Source of the DNA: Patescibacteria group bacterium
Lineage (GTDB): Bacteria; Patescibacteriota; Microgenomatia; 0-14-0-10-38-17
NCBI GenBank assembly: GCA_050953885.1
Contig: JBMNNJ010000002.1
Location: forward strand, 41,586 to 105,585
Direction of reading: 5' to 3'
Length of the DNA: 64,000 nt
Position numbers and translations under genes: made by a program. How positions within the stretch are numbered: position 1 is the first letter of the stretch; each line of letters begins with the position of its first letter. The notes below the pieces were generated by a model. It had not been told where the DNA came from and made no database searches. It saw only the letters and a list, made by a program, of their open reading frames with translations. Positions 55,737 to 64,000 of this stretch are shown in pieces.

Positions 55737-56569
55737 AGCCCCCACGCCTTTAATTTTTCCTCCTGTTCACGAGTTAATTTTTGGGGCATTTTAAGTTTCA
55801 ACCTCACATATAAATCCCCCCGACCGCGACCGTTAAAACGAGGTACGCCTTGGCCACGCAAACGAATCATTATTCCCGGCGCTGTCCCCGGCCGAATTCG
55901 TAACTTTAAATTCTTCCCTTCAACCGTCGGCACTTCAATTTTATCTCCAAAAACCGCTTGGGTAAAACTTATTTCCTGCTCTACAATTAAATCATCACCC
56001 TGACGAATAAAGTGGGGGTCGGGCAAAACTTCAACCACCAGGTAAAAATCGGGAAATTTAATCCGCGAACCGTTATCTACCCCGGCGGGAATTTTAATTT
56101 TTCTCCGTTTTCCCTCGATTTCTACCTCTTTTTGTGTTCCCAAAATTGCTTCTCTCTGCGTTATCCTCACCTGATAAGTAGGAAGCCTTTGCTGACGATA
56201 GCCGGAGAAGGGGGAGCGTTGGCCAAAAAAACTTTCAAAAATCTCAAAGGGGTCGGAAAAGCCACCAAAAAGATCCTCTAAATCACCAAAGTTAACAGTA
56301 TAAGAAAATGGGCCTTCTTGCCCTCCCGCCCCGGGGAAACCCTGCCTAAACGCTTCATGGCCAAACTGATCATACGCTTGCCGCTTGGCCGGATCAGAAA
56401 GCACTTCGTAGGCCTCGTTAATCTCCTTAAATTTTTTTTCTGCCTCCGCATCCTTATTACGATCCGGGTGCCATTTTAGCGCCAAACGACGGTAAGCTTT
56501 TTTAATCTCCTCAACGCTAGCATCGCGGGAAACACCCAAAATCTCGTAAAAATCTTTATTATCGGCCAT
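55733..56569 (-). CDS. dnaJ: DnaJ-family co-chaperone lacking the zinc-finger domain (CbpA/type II-like)
   Basis: The J domain ([13 protein letters not shown]...HPDRN), a G/F region and C-terminal substrate-binding domains are present. There are no CxxCxGxG repeats. Confidence 0.85.
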   Translation of the reverse strand: MADNKDFYEILGVSRDASVEEIKKAYRRLALKWHPDRNKDAEAEKKFKEINEAYEVLSDPAKRQAYDQFGHEAFRQGFPGAGGQEGPFSYTVNFGDLEDLFGGFSDPFEIFESFFGQRSPFSGYRQQRLPTYQVRITQREAILGTQKEVEIEGKRRKIKIPAGVDNGSRIKFPDFYLVVEVLPDPHFIRQGDDLIVEQEISFTQAVFGDKIEVPTVEGKNLKLRIRPGTAPGIMIRLRGQGVPRFNGRGRGDLYVRLKLKMPQKLTREQEEKLKAWGL

Positions 56570-56741
56570 AATATTTCAAACATTATGGAATAGCGCAGTT
56601 TACTGTGCACCAATTATTCGCTCATTCGTATCCATTCGTTTTTAATTCGTGTCAATTCGCGTTTTTTAATAATTTAGCAATTTGCTTATCATGCCTCATG
56701 AATAGGGGAAATTTGAAGCAAAGAATTTACCTTCGTCTTTC

Positions 56742-58673
56742 TTAGCTAACCACTTCGCCTTCTTCGGGCTCATCCTCTCCTTTTTTCTCATCCCCTTCGC
56801 CTTTATTTTCATCTTGAGGTTGGTTCGGGGTCTGCTCTGCACCGTTCTGTTGTGGGGCCTGATAAACCTCCTGACTTATTTTCTGAAGCTCTTCTAAAAG
56901 CTCGTTGGTTCTTCTTTCTACCTCCTCTTTCTCCGGTTTTTCTTGTTTCAAAAGCTCCTGAAGAGATTTTATTTTCTCTTCCACCGCCTCTTTCTCCGCC
57001 GGTTTTACTTTCTCGCCTAAATCCTTAATTGTTTTCTCCGCCGTATAAACAGCATTTTCGGCTTTATTTTTTGCCTCAATAAGTTCTTGCTGACGCCTGT
57101 CTTCCTCGGCGTGAGCCTCCGCTTCGGCCCGCATTCGCTCGACCTCTTCCTCGGAAAGCCCCGTCGCTCCCTTGATAACAATACTTTGCGACCGCCCTGT
57201 TGCCTTATCTTTGGCGGTGACGTTTAAAATGCCATTAGCATCGATATCAAAAGTAACCTCAATTTGGGGTATTCCTCGCGGCGCCGGCGGAATCCCGTCG
57301 AGGATAAATTCACCTAAAGATTTATTATCTTTAGCTAAGGGTCGTTCTCCTTGAATAACATGAACCTCCACCTGAGTTTGACTATCAGCCGCGGTGGTGA
57401 AAACCTGCGACCGCGAAACAGGAATAGTGGTATTTTTTTCAATTAAAGGCGCCACCACTCCCCCTAAAGTTTCCACTCCTAAGGTTAGGGGAGTAACATC
57501 AAGTAAAACCACATCTTTTACCTCTCCTGACAAAACTCCCCCCTGAATGGCCGCTCCTAAAGCCACCGCTTCGTCCGGATTAACCGACTGGTTAGGTTTT
57601 TTACCAAAAAACTCCTCCACAATCTGCTGCACCTTGGGCATTCGCGTCTGACCACCCACCAAAATCACCTCATTAATGTCAGAGGCTTTCATTTTCGCGT
57701 CTTTTAAGCAGGCTTCCACTGGCGGAGTTAAGCGCGCCAAAAGATCAGCAGTAAGTTGCTCTAATTTAGCCCGGCTTAACTTTACCGATAAATGAAGAGG
57801 GCCTTCTTTTCCTTGAGTGATAAAGGGAAGATTAATCTCTGTTTCGGCGGCAGTGGAAAGCTCAACTTTAGCCTTTTCCGCCGCATCTTTTATCCGTTGC
57901 ATTGCCTGACTGTCGGTGGCCAAATTTATCCCGTATTCTTTCTTAAATTCTCCCACCACATATTCCTCAATTTTCCGGTCCCAATCGTCTCCTCCCAAAT
58001 GGGTATCCCCATTGGTCGCCTTTACCTCATAAACCCCCTCCCCAAGCTCCAAAATAGAAATGTCAAACGTTCCCCCACCCAAATCAAAAACCGCTACCGT
58101 TTGCACTTCTTTCTTATCCAGACCATAAGCAAGCGCGGCCGCCGTAGGCTCATTAATAATCCGGGCCACTTTCAGACCGGCGATTTCCCCCGCTTCCTTG
58201 GTTGCCTGCCGTTGGGAATCGTCAAAATAAGCGGGGACAGTAATCACTGCCTGTTCTACTTTCTCGCCCAAATAAGCCTCAGCATCTTTTTTGGCTTTTT
58301 GCAAAATCTTGGCGGAAATTTCTTGAGGCGTAAATTGACGACCATCTTCTGTTTCCACCACCGCCAAATCATTTTTCCCTCTGACCACTTTATAGGGAAG
58401 CCATTTAATATCCTCCTGCACCAAAGGGTCGCTAAAACGGCGTCCCATTAACCGCTTCACCGAGAAAAAGGTGTTTTTGGGATTAATAACCATCTGCCGT
58501 TTAGCCGGCTCACCCACCAAGCCTTTAATTGGTTCCACCACCGACGGGATTAACCGCCCTCCCTCCGCGGTGGTGATAATTACCGGTTTACCGCCTTCCA
58601 TAATCGCCACCGCCGAGTTGGTGGTGCCCAAATCAATACCAATAATTTTGGTAGTTACTTTTTCGTTAGCCAT
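56742..58673 (-). CDS. dnaK: chaperone DnaK (Hsp70)
   Basis: The 643 aa ORF has [21 protein letters not shown] and the full NBD+SBD, with an acidic EEGEVVS C-terminus. Confidence 0.97.
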   Translation of the reverse strand: MANEKVTTKIIGIDLGTTNSAVAIMEGGKPVIITTAEGGRLIPSVVEPIKGLVGEPAKRQMVINPKNTFFSVKRLMGRRFSDPLVQEDIKWLPYKVVRGKNDLAVVETEDGRQFTPQEISAKILQKAKKDAEAYLGEKVEQAVITVPAYFDDSQRQATKEAGEIAGLKVARIINEPTAAALAYGLDKKEVQTVAVFDLGGGTFDISILELGEGVYEVKATNGDTHLGGDDWDRKIEEYVVGEFKKEYGINLATDSQAMQRIKDAAEKAKVELSTAAETEINLPFITQGKEGPLHLSVKLSRAKLEQLTADLLARLTPPVEACLKDAKMKASDINEVILVGGQTRMPKVQQIVEEFFGKKPNQSVNPDEAVALGAAIQGGVLSGEVKDVVLLDVTPLTLGVETLGGVVAPLIEKNTTIPVSRSQVFTTAADSQTQVEVHVIQGERPLAKDNKSLGEFILDGIPPAPRGIPQIEVTFDIDANGILNVTAKDKATGRSQSIVIKGATGLSEEEVERMRAEAEAHAEEDRRQQELIEAKNKAENAVYTAEKTIKDLGEKVKPAEKEAVEEKIKSLQELLKQEKPEKEEVERRTNELLEELQKISQEVYQAPQQNGAEQTPNQPQDENKGEGDEKKGEDEPEEGEVVS

Positions 58674-58775
58674 TTTTACTTTTAGCTTAATAAATAATAA
58701 AGGTTAAAAAACAAATTTTCAAGAGAGAAAACAAATAAACACGAACTGAACGAATTAAAAACGAATGGATACGAA

Positions 58776-59030
58776 AAATAAACGCAAATGTTAAATCGCA
58801 AAACTCAAAACTACAACGCAAAACTTAAAACTTGAAAGACAAAAACAGAATTACAATTTAGAAATACAAATATTAAGCCCTAAAGTTTTTTAGTTTTAAG
58901 TTTTAACATGTAGTTTTGAGATTTGAGTTTTAAGTTTTGAGTTTTAACATGTAGTTTTGCCATTTGACATTTGCGTTTTGAGTTTTTTATTGTTTTTGAA
59001 CTTTGATTTAGGTTTTAATCTTTGACATTT
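58776..59030. repeat. second copy of palindromic family 1 (between dnaK and grpE)
   Basis: The same conserved loop sequence and arm words as at 12751-12965. Confidence 0.6.
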
Positions 59031-59076
59031 TCACTTTGCGCTCATTTTTACGTATTACGCATTGCGTGTTACCCCT

Positions 59077-59559
59077 TTACTCTCCTTTTCCCACCTTCAC
59101 CCTTGCCGGCCGCAAGCATTTACCGCGGTATAAATATCCCGGAGAAACCTCCTCGACTACATAATTTTTCCTCCCCGGCGCTAATTCTAACGCGTCCATC
59201 AGGTGAGGATCAAAGATTTCTCCTTCAGTTTTAATTCTTTCTACTCCCTCCGAGCTCAAAACTTCCCAAAACTCATTTTTTATCATCGCCAAACCCCGGT
59301 CTTCCCTGACCCGACAGGCCCGTTCTAAATTATCAAAAACATTTAAAATTTTATCTAAAAGTCCTTCATTGGCAAAACGGATAAAATCTTGCTGCTCACG
59401 ATTAATTCTTTTTTCCAAGTTTTGATAATCGGCCAAAGCCCGTTTCCACTGTTTTTCCAATTCTTCCACCTTCTTCTCCAAATCCACTATCTTTTTATCT
59501 TCCAAAGAACTTTTTTTCTTCATCTTTTTAAAAACTAAATTCTGATAAAAGACGACCAA
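59077..59559 (-). CDS. grpE: nucleotide exchange factor GrpE (the start is probably the internal Met at about 59523)
   Basis: A coiled-coil N-terminus, a GrpE core and a C-terminal beta domain (RPARVKVGKG). Confidence 0.85.
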   Translation of the reverse strand: MVVFYQNLVFKKMKKKSSLEDKKIVDLEKKVEELEKQWKRALADYQNLEKRINREQQDFIRFANEGLLDKILNVFDNLERACRVREDRGLAMIKNEFWEVLSSEGVERIKTEGEIFDPHLMDALELAPGRKNYVVEEVSPGYLYRGKCLRPARVKVGKGE

Positions 59560-60250
59560 AAAAGTTTACCAACGGGATCACCCGACTATATTGTAAACGG
59601 CAGGGGCCTAAAACCCCAATCGCATAATCACGATTATTCCAATTAAAGCGGCTAAAAACAAAACCGCAGGAGGAAAGATAATCTCCTCCTAACTCCTCCC
59701 CCAAAAGAACATAAACCGGCATTTCCTCCCCCTTTTTGCTAATTACCCCCTGCCAAAAAGAATAGTTATCCAATACCGACAAAAGCGATTGGGTTAAGTC
59801 AATATCCCAAAATTCCGGAAAATTTAAAATATTCGCCAAACCGGCCAAATAAAATTCCTCGTCAGGTCCAATCACTAAAGAAAGAACCCCCGACCGCCGC
59901 GCTAATTCTATTGTTGCCTCCCTAATCAACCTTTCCTTTGCCTCTCGGTGCGGCCAAATCCGCTCCTTAATCCCCGCTTCATCTTTCACCGAAATCTCCT
60001 GGGGTTTTAAAAGATTATGAACATAAAACTTCAGCCCTAAAGGGGTGGGCACCCTGCCGGCAGAAATATGCGACTTTTGCAAATAGCCAGCTTCGGCCAA
60101 ATCGCTCATCTCGTTTCTAATCGTGGCCGGAGAAACACCTAAGCTATACTTTTTCTCAAGCCTGTCCGAGGAAACCGGCCGTGCTGTTTGTACATACTCA
60201 TCCACCACCGCTTTCAAAATGGCAATTTGTCTTTCTGTTAAAGTAGTCAT
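59528..60250 (-). CDS. hrcA: heat-inducible transcription repressor HrcA (short form)
   Basis: The N-terminus LTERQIAILKAVVDEYVQTARPVSSDRL...LGVSPATIRNEMSDLAEAGYL...SAGRVPT is the HrcA winged-helix signature. The gene heads the hrcA-grpE-dnaK-dnaJ operon. No canonical CIRCE was found upstream. Confidence 0.8.
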   Translation of the reverse strand: MTTLTERQIAILKAVVDEYVQTARPVSSDRLEKKYSLGVSPATIRNEMSDLAEAGYLQKSHISAGRVPTPLGLKFYVHNLLKPQEISVKDEAGIKERIWPHREAKERLIREATIELARRSGVLSLVIGPDEEFYLAGLANILNFPEFWDIDLTQSLLSVLDNYSFWQGVISKKGEEMPVYVLLGEELGGDYLSSCGFVFSRFNWNNRDYAIGVLGPCRLQYSRVIPLVNFFGRLLSEFSF

Positions 60251-60499
60251 CAGCTTTTCCTTTTAGCAAAAATATACCACGACTGCCAAAAATTGTCAAC
60301 CGGAATTTTTTCCAAAGGCGCTTTCTTAAAAAGTGGAGATAGAATCTTTAGCCTTGAGAAGCCAAATTTTACCAGAGGTGTAAACAGGGAACTACCTCTA
60401 AGGTGGTGTAATTTGCTGTATTTTTTTGCTTCTCTTTTAAGCCCCTTGGATGCTATACTTAAAAAAATAATGATACAAGGATACAAGGAAGCACGAGAA

Positions 60500-60670
60500 A
60501 TAAACTCAAAACGCAAATGGCAAATGTCAAATCTACATGGCAAATGTTAAAACTTTTTAAAACTTAAAGTTGTTTTTTTTAGATTTGAGTTTTGAGTTGT
60601 AGTTTTGAGTTTTGCGATTTAACATTTGAGTTTATTTATTATCTTTTAATTTTAACTTTTGAATTCCTTT
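60500..60670. repeat. palindromic intergenic element, family 2, inverted copy (hrcA-murJ spacer)
   Basis: ctacatggcaaatgttaaaactttttaaaacttaaagttgttttttttag is the reverse complement of the family-2 core. Confidence 0.6.
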
Positions 60671-60679
60671 TAACCATCC

Positions 60680-62311
60680 ATGTTGCTCACCCACTTCTGG
60701 CAAACCATCAAAAATGGCCGACAGGCGCTCTCCCGCCAGCAAACCAACATTTTTTCCGCCGCCGGCACGATTGCTTTGGCGATGCTTGCCTCAGCTCTCT
60801 TAGGCATCTTGCGCGATCGGCTTTTGTACGCCCGTTTCTTCGCCTCCTCTCCCCAAGAACTTGACGCTTATAACGCCGCCTTCAAAATCCCCGACATGCT
60901 TTTCCAGCTTCTAATTACCGGCTCTATCTCGGCCGCTTTTATCCCCCTTTTCTCCCAGGCGTTGGAGAAAAAAAATTTTCAAAAAGCACAAAAAATCGCC
61001 TCCTCGCTTTTTAGCTCCTTGCTTCTTTTGTTTACCATTTTGGCCCTCATCCTTTTCATTTTCGCCAAACCTCTTTCTCAGCTGATTACCTCGGGATTTT
61101 CCCCCCAACAGATTAATCTCATGGCCCAGCTAACTCGTTTCCTTTTGGTTGCCCAATTTTTTCTAATTATTTCTAACTTCTTAACCGCTGTTTTACATGC
61201 CCACCAATACTTTCTCCCCTCGGCTCTTTCTCCCATCTTTTATAACTTAGGAATAATTTTGGGAACGGTTTTCCTCACCCCCTTTTGGGGAATTTACGGC
61301 CCCACTGCCGGAGTTATTTTGGGAACCATTCTCCACTTTGCTGTTCAGCTCCCCCTTTTTAAACGCCTTAATTTTCCCCTTGCTCTTTCTTTTAAAAATC
61401 TTACCAGTCAGGAAAACAAAAAAACCATTTCTTTGATGATCCCCCGCAGCCTTGCCTTAGCTATCTCCGAATTTGAAGCCATTATCACTATTTATCTAGC
61501 CACGGCTTTAGGCGAGGGGGTTCTTTCCCTTTTCTATCTTGCCCAGCATTTGGCCCAACTGCCGGTGCGACTTTTAGGCGCCTCTGTTGGCCAGGCGGCC
61601 CTGCCCATTTTTTCCCGCCAAGCTTCCAGCCGCCAAGGCAAAATTTCCTTCGGCGCTCTGGCGAGTTCACTTTTGAGCCAAATAGTTTTTTTTACCCTTC
61701 CCCTTTGCGCTCTTTTTTTAATTTTAAGAATTCCTTTAGTTCGGCTTGCCTTTGGCGCCCGGGAATTTCCCTGGGAAGCCACTCTTTTGACCGGAAAAGT
61801 TTTAGCCATTCTCACCATTAGCATTTTTACCCAAACGATAAACGAAATTCTTCGCCGCTATTTTTATGTTTTTAAAGATACGAGAAGTGTTTTAAAAATT
61901 GACGGTTTGGCCACCCTGCTTTATCTTCTTTTTACCGCCGCGGCCATTACCAAAACTTCCTGGGGCATTTTGGGTTTAGCCGCCGGTCTTTCTCTAGCCA
62001 ACCTTTGCCGTTCCCTGATGTTTCTTTTTGCTTTAAACAGAAGAATTGGCCCTCTTTTCCCCAAAGAAAAAATCATTTCTTTTTCAAAAATGCTTTTAGC
62101 GGCCGCTTTTGCCGCCCTGACAGCTTGGGCGGCGATGCGTTTTTTAGACGCTTATGTTTTTGACACTTCAAGAGTAGTCCCCCTTATTGGCCTTACCATT
62201 GCGGCCGCCCTGATGGGAGGCTTGGCCTATCTTTTGGCGACCAAAATTTTAAAAGTAGAGGAATTCTCTTCTTTCAAGCTTATGCTCAAAAAGGGATTAA
62301 AGCTGTGGTAA
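60680..62311 (+). CDS. murJ: lipid II flippase MurJ/MviN
   Basis: The 543 aa polytopic membrane protein has the MurJ N-terminus (LSRQQTNIFSAAGTIALAMLASALLGILRDRLLYARFFASS...DAYNAAFKIPDMLF). Confidence 0.85.
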   Translation: MLLTHFWQTIKNGRQALSRQQTNIFSAAGTIALAMLASALLGILRDRLLYARFFASSPQELDAYNAAFKIPDMLFQLLITGSISAAFIPLFSQALEKKNFQKAQKIASSLFSSLLLLFTILALILFIFAKPLSQLITSGFSPQQINLMAQLTRFLLVAQFFLIISNFLTAVLHAHQYFLPSALSPIFYNLGIILGTVFLTPFWGIYGPTAGVILGTILHFAVQLPLFKRLNFPLALSFKNLTSQENKKTISLMIPRSLALAISEFEAIITIYLATALGEGVLSLFYLAQHLAQLPVRLLGASVGQAALPIFSRQASSRQGKISFGALASSLLSQIVFFTLPLCALFLILRIPLVRLAFGAREFPWEATLLTGKVLAILTISIFTQTINEILRRYFYVFKDTRSVLKIDGLATLLYLLFTAAAITKTSWGILGLAAGLSLANLCRSLMFLFALNRRIGPLFPKEKIISFSKMLLAAAFAALTAWAAMRFLDAYVFDTSRVVPLIGLTIAAALMGGLAYLLATKILKVEEFSSFKLMLKKGLKLW

Positions 62312-62336
62312 AATAAAGTTGGCTTCAAGTTTTTTT

Positions 62337-62411
62337 GGCCTGGTGCCCAAGTAGTAAGGGAACTGTCTGCAAAACAGTTATACGCGGGTGCAATTCCCGC
62401 CCAGGCCTCCC
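62337..62411 (+). tRNA. tRNA-Cys (anticodon GCA), CCA encoded; atypical D and T loops
   Basis: A 7 bp acceptor stem (GGCCTGG/CCAGGCC), discriminator U plus CCA (U73 is the tRNA-Cys identity element), a 5 bp anticodon stem (ACTGT/ACAGT) with loop cuGCAaa (U33, A37) and a 5 bp GC T-stem (GCGGG/CCCGC). The D-loop lacks the GG dinucleotide and the T-loop reads UGCAAUU. Confidence 0.6.
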
Positions 62412-62433
62412 AAAAAATTCCTCACCGGTATTA

Positions 62434-63264
62434 ATGAAAAAAAAGTGGTTTCTTGCCCCCATTATTATCCTTATCCTCGGCGCGATTTTTTATTTCTTCC
62501 GCCACCAAATTTTGGGAAAAACTGGTTTCTTGGAAGTTAACACCCAACCCCAAACGATTGTTTTTTTAAACGGGCAACAGGCAGGGGAAACCCCCTTTAA
62601 AAAAGAGCTAACCGTAGGAGAGGTGGAGGTAAAAATTTTTGCCAAAAACGGTGATTTTTCTGAGCCCCTTTGGGAAGAAAACCGGGTAAAGATTAACCCC
62701 AACACTCTCACTTTAATAAATTATAATTTTCAGGATGAGCCTGCCTATCAAGGCGGTGAAATGCTCACCCTAAGCCCTATTTCCCAAAAAGACAGCGCCG
62801 CCTTAAAAATTATTACCTATCCCAATCAGGCCATTGTCAACATTGATGGCCAAACTAAGGGATACACCCCTCTTTTTTTGGAAAAAATTGAAAGCGGACA
62901 GCATATTGTGGAAGTTACCAGCCCGGCCTACCAAAATTATGTTTTAAAACTTAATCTTAATGCTGGTTACGAGCTTGAGTGCCAAATAAAGCTGGCCGCC
63001 GAAAAAGAAGAAAAAAAGGCAGAGAAGACTCTTCCCGTCGCCACTTCCTCCCCCCAAGAAATGATAGAAATTTTAGCTACTCCCAATGGTTGGCTAAGGG
63101 TACGACAAGGACCGGGGACAAATTATCCAGAAATTACCAAAGTTAATAGCGGCGAAGAATTCCCTCTGCTTGAAGAAAAAGATAGCTGGTTCAAAATTAG
63201 GATAGAAGAAGGGCAGGAAGGTTGGATTTCAAGCCAGTATGCCCAAAAGGAAGAAAATTTTTGA
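62434..63264 (+). CDS. membrane-anchored PEGA-domain protein with a C-terminal SH3b-like domain
   Basis: The real start is the internal Met after the tRNA; the ORF-track N-terminus overlaps the tRNA. It has a TM segment (WFLAPIIILILGAIFYFF), two PEGA-like repeats (TQPQTIVFLNGQQAGETP; YPNQAIVNIDGQTKGYTP) and a C-terminal GWLRVRQGPGTNYPEI...SWFKI motif, which is SH3-like. Confidence 0.6.
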   Translation: MKKKWFLAPIIILILGAIFYFFRHQILGKTGFLEVNTQPQTIVFLNGQQAGETPFKKELTVGEVEVKIFAKNGDFSEPLWEENRVKINPNTLTLINYNFQDEPAYQGGEMLTLSPISQKDSAALKIITYPNQAIVNIDGQTKGYTPLFLEKIESGQHIVEVTSPAYQNYVLKLNLNAGYELECQIKLAAEKEEKKAEKTLPVATSSPQEMIEILATPNGWLRVRQGPGTNYPEITKVNSGEEFPLLEEKDSWFKIRIEEGQEGWISSQYAQKEENF

Positions 63265-63271
63265 AAAACTC

Positions 63272-64000
63272 TTAAGAGGGTTGACGGGGGAATAATTTTA
63301 GCCAAGCATAAAAAGCGGCTAAAATTAAAAAAACCAATAAAAACGCATAAAATTTCTGTTGAGAGTTAAGAAAAAGAGCGATTAGTCCTAAAATTAAAGA
63401 AAAAAACCAATAAAAAATCGCAATTTTGGGCTTTTCAAAACCCATATCAAGCAGGCGATGATGAAGATGGCCGCGGTCGCCCCAGACCGGAGAATGCCCT
63501 GAGGAGAGACGCCTTAAAACCGCCACAATCGCATCCGCCGTCGGCACCCCTAAAACTAAAATCGTCGTCGCCACCTTAGCGCCGGAAAGAATCGCTAAAA
63601 CCCCCAAAAAAAAACCCGCCAAACTTTTTCCCCCATAACCGGGCATAATTTTCTGTGGGTAAAAATTCCACGGCAAAAAGCCTAAATAAGCCCCGGCCAC
63701 GGCGGCAGCCAAAATAATCACCGGCCATTGGGTAATGTCAAAAGAATAACGCCCCCCTAAAGCGGCAATCACCAGAGAAGCAATCACCACAAATCCCGGC
63801 AGTTGACCATCTACCCCCGACGACCAACCAACAATATTCATATTCCAAATAAGCCAGAGAAGACCAAATAAAGAAGAAGCCACCCATATCTCGCGCGTTT
63901 GGCCTAAAAACTCAAAAATAATCCGCGGTTGGTCAAGATGAATCACGCCATCAAAAGGGTTACTAATAAAAGCAATGCCAATACCTGAGGCCACCACCAA
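63272..64000 (-). CDS. MraY/WecA-family polyprenyl-phosphate sugar-phosphate transferase, C-terminal part; the gene runs past the window end
   Basis: Multiple TM helices and the conserved HHH-type motif (GDRGHLHHRLLDMG) near the C-terminus. Confidence 0.65.
   Translation of the reverse strand: MVVASGIGIAFISNPFDGVIHLDQPRIIFEFLGQTREIWVASSLFGLLWLIWNMNIVGWSSGVDGQLPGFVVIASLVIAALGGRYSFDITQWPVIILAAAVAGAYLGFLPWNFYPQKIMPGYGGKSLAGFFLGVLAILSGAKVATTILVLGVPTADAIVAVLRRLSSGHSPVWGDRGHLHHRLLDMGFEKPKIAIFYWFFSLILGLIALFLNSQQKFYAFLLVFLILAAFYAWLKLFPRQPS

Noticed and set aside
1149-60670. Considered whether the dense short repeats are a CRISPR array.
   Set aside because: There is no regular repeat-spacer periodicity, the repeat units are heterogeneous and lie in both orientations, and no cas genes are present. 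The pattern fits mosaic MITE/REP-like modules instead.
60250-60680. Searched the hrcA upstream region for a canonical CIRCE operator (TTAGCACTC-N9-GAGTGCTAA).
   Set aside because: No match was found. Only the lineage-specific AGAGGTG/CACCTCT inverted repeat is present, so no CIRCE feature is reported.
1-64000. Looked for rRNA genes, restriction-modification, toxin-antitoxin or other defence modules.
   Set aside because: No rRNA-like conserved stretches were found. The only methyltransferase (54146-54973) has no partner nuclease or DNA-MTase motifs (no DPPY or catalytic PC motif), so no defence system is called.

Overview
This 64 kb window is almost entirely minus-strand housekeeping genes from a small-genome bacterium. 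The reduced gene versions (IF2 starting at the G domain, AlaRS lacking the C-terminal domain, DnaJ without a zinc finger, short HrcA), a sortase and Gram-positive-style surface proteins suggest a Patescibacteria/CPR-like lineage, but this is inference only. Gene order follows the conserved S10 and str operons and rpoBC (rpsC-rplV-rpsS-rplB-rplW-rplD-rplC ... rpsJ-tuf-fusA-rpsG-rpsL-rpoC-rpoB). Downstream come a DUF2207 envelope protein, a Tat-signal glycosidase, ruvX, the sortase, alaS, a RodZ-like gene, ftsK, proS, RNase J, a family-4 UDG, a Lon-like AAA+ protein with no protease domain, pnp-rpsO-(IS)-infB-nusA, an archaeal-type valS, murI, hrcA-grpE-dnaK-dnaJ, murJ, a tRNA-Cys and a PEGA protein. 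Four things stand out. (1) Nearly every intergenic spacer is built from the same short, reshuffled sequence modules: ATTCG repeats at about 10 bp spacing, CAAAAGT and TAAATTG word repeats, the 16 bp palindrome TCCGCCAGCTGGCGGA, GAAA-loop hairpins, and long imperfect MITE-like palindromes with conserved loops. Among them are two REP/REPIN-like GTAG-headed hairpin doublets whose stems keep pairing through compensatory changes. (2) A 3.7 kb insertion carrying two secreted or anchored surface proteins splits the S10 operon between rplC and rpsJ. (3) An AT-rich island upstream of rpoB holds a near-consensus sigma70 promoter, a roughly 400 nt ORF-free leader or candidate ncRNA, a strongly ribosome-bound 75 aa Gly/Pro-rich ORF and an M16 peptidase. 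(4) There are signs of mobility and gene transfer: an intact DDE transposase inserted in the nusA-infB-rpsO-pnp operon, a transposase remnant, and an AT-rich archaeal-type valS bracketed by about 50 bp GC-rich direct repeats. A conserved promoter-proximal motif with a 7 bp inverted repeat recurs upstream of four genes. EF-Tu carries a 4-Cys insertion, S12 has Arg at the streptomycin-resistance position K88, and RpoB has Asn at the rifampicin-resistance position His526. No rRNA or CRISPR array is present. All calls come from reading the sequence and remembered family motifs; no searches were run.
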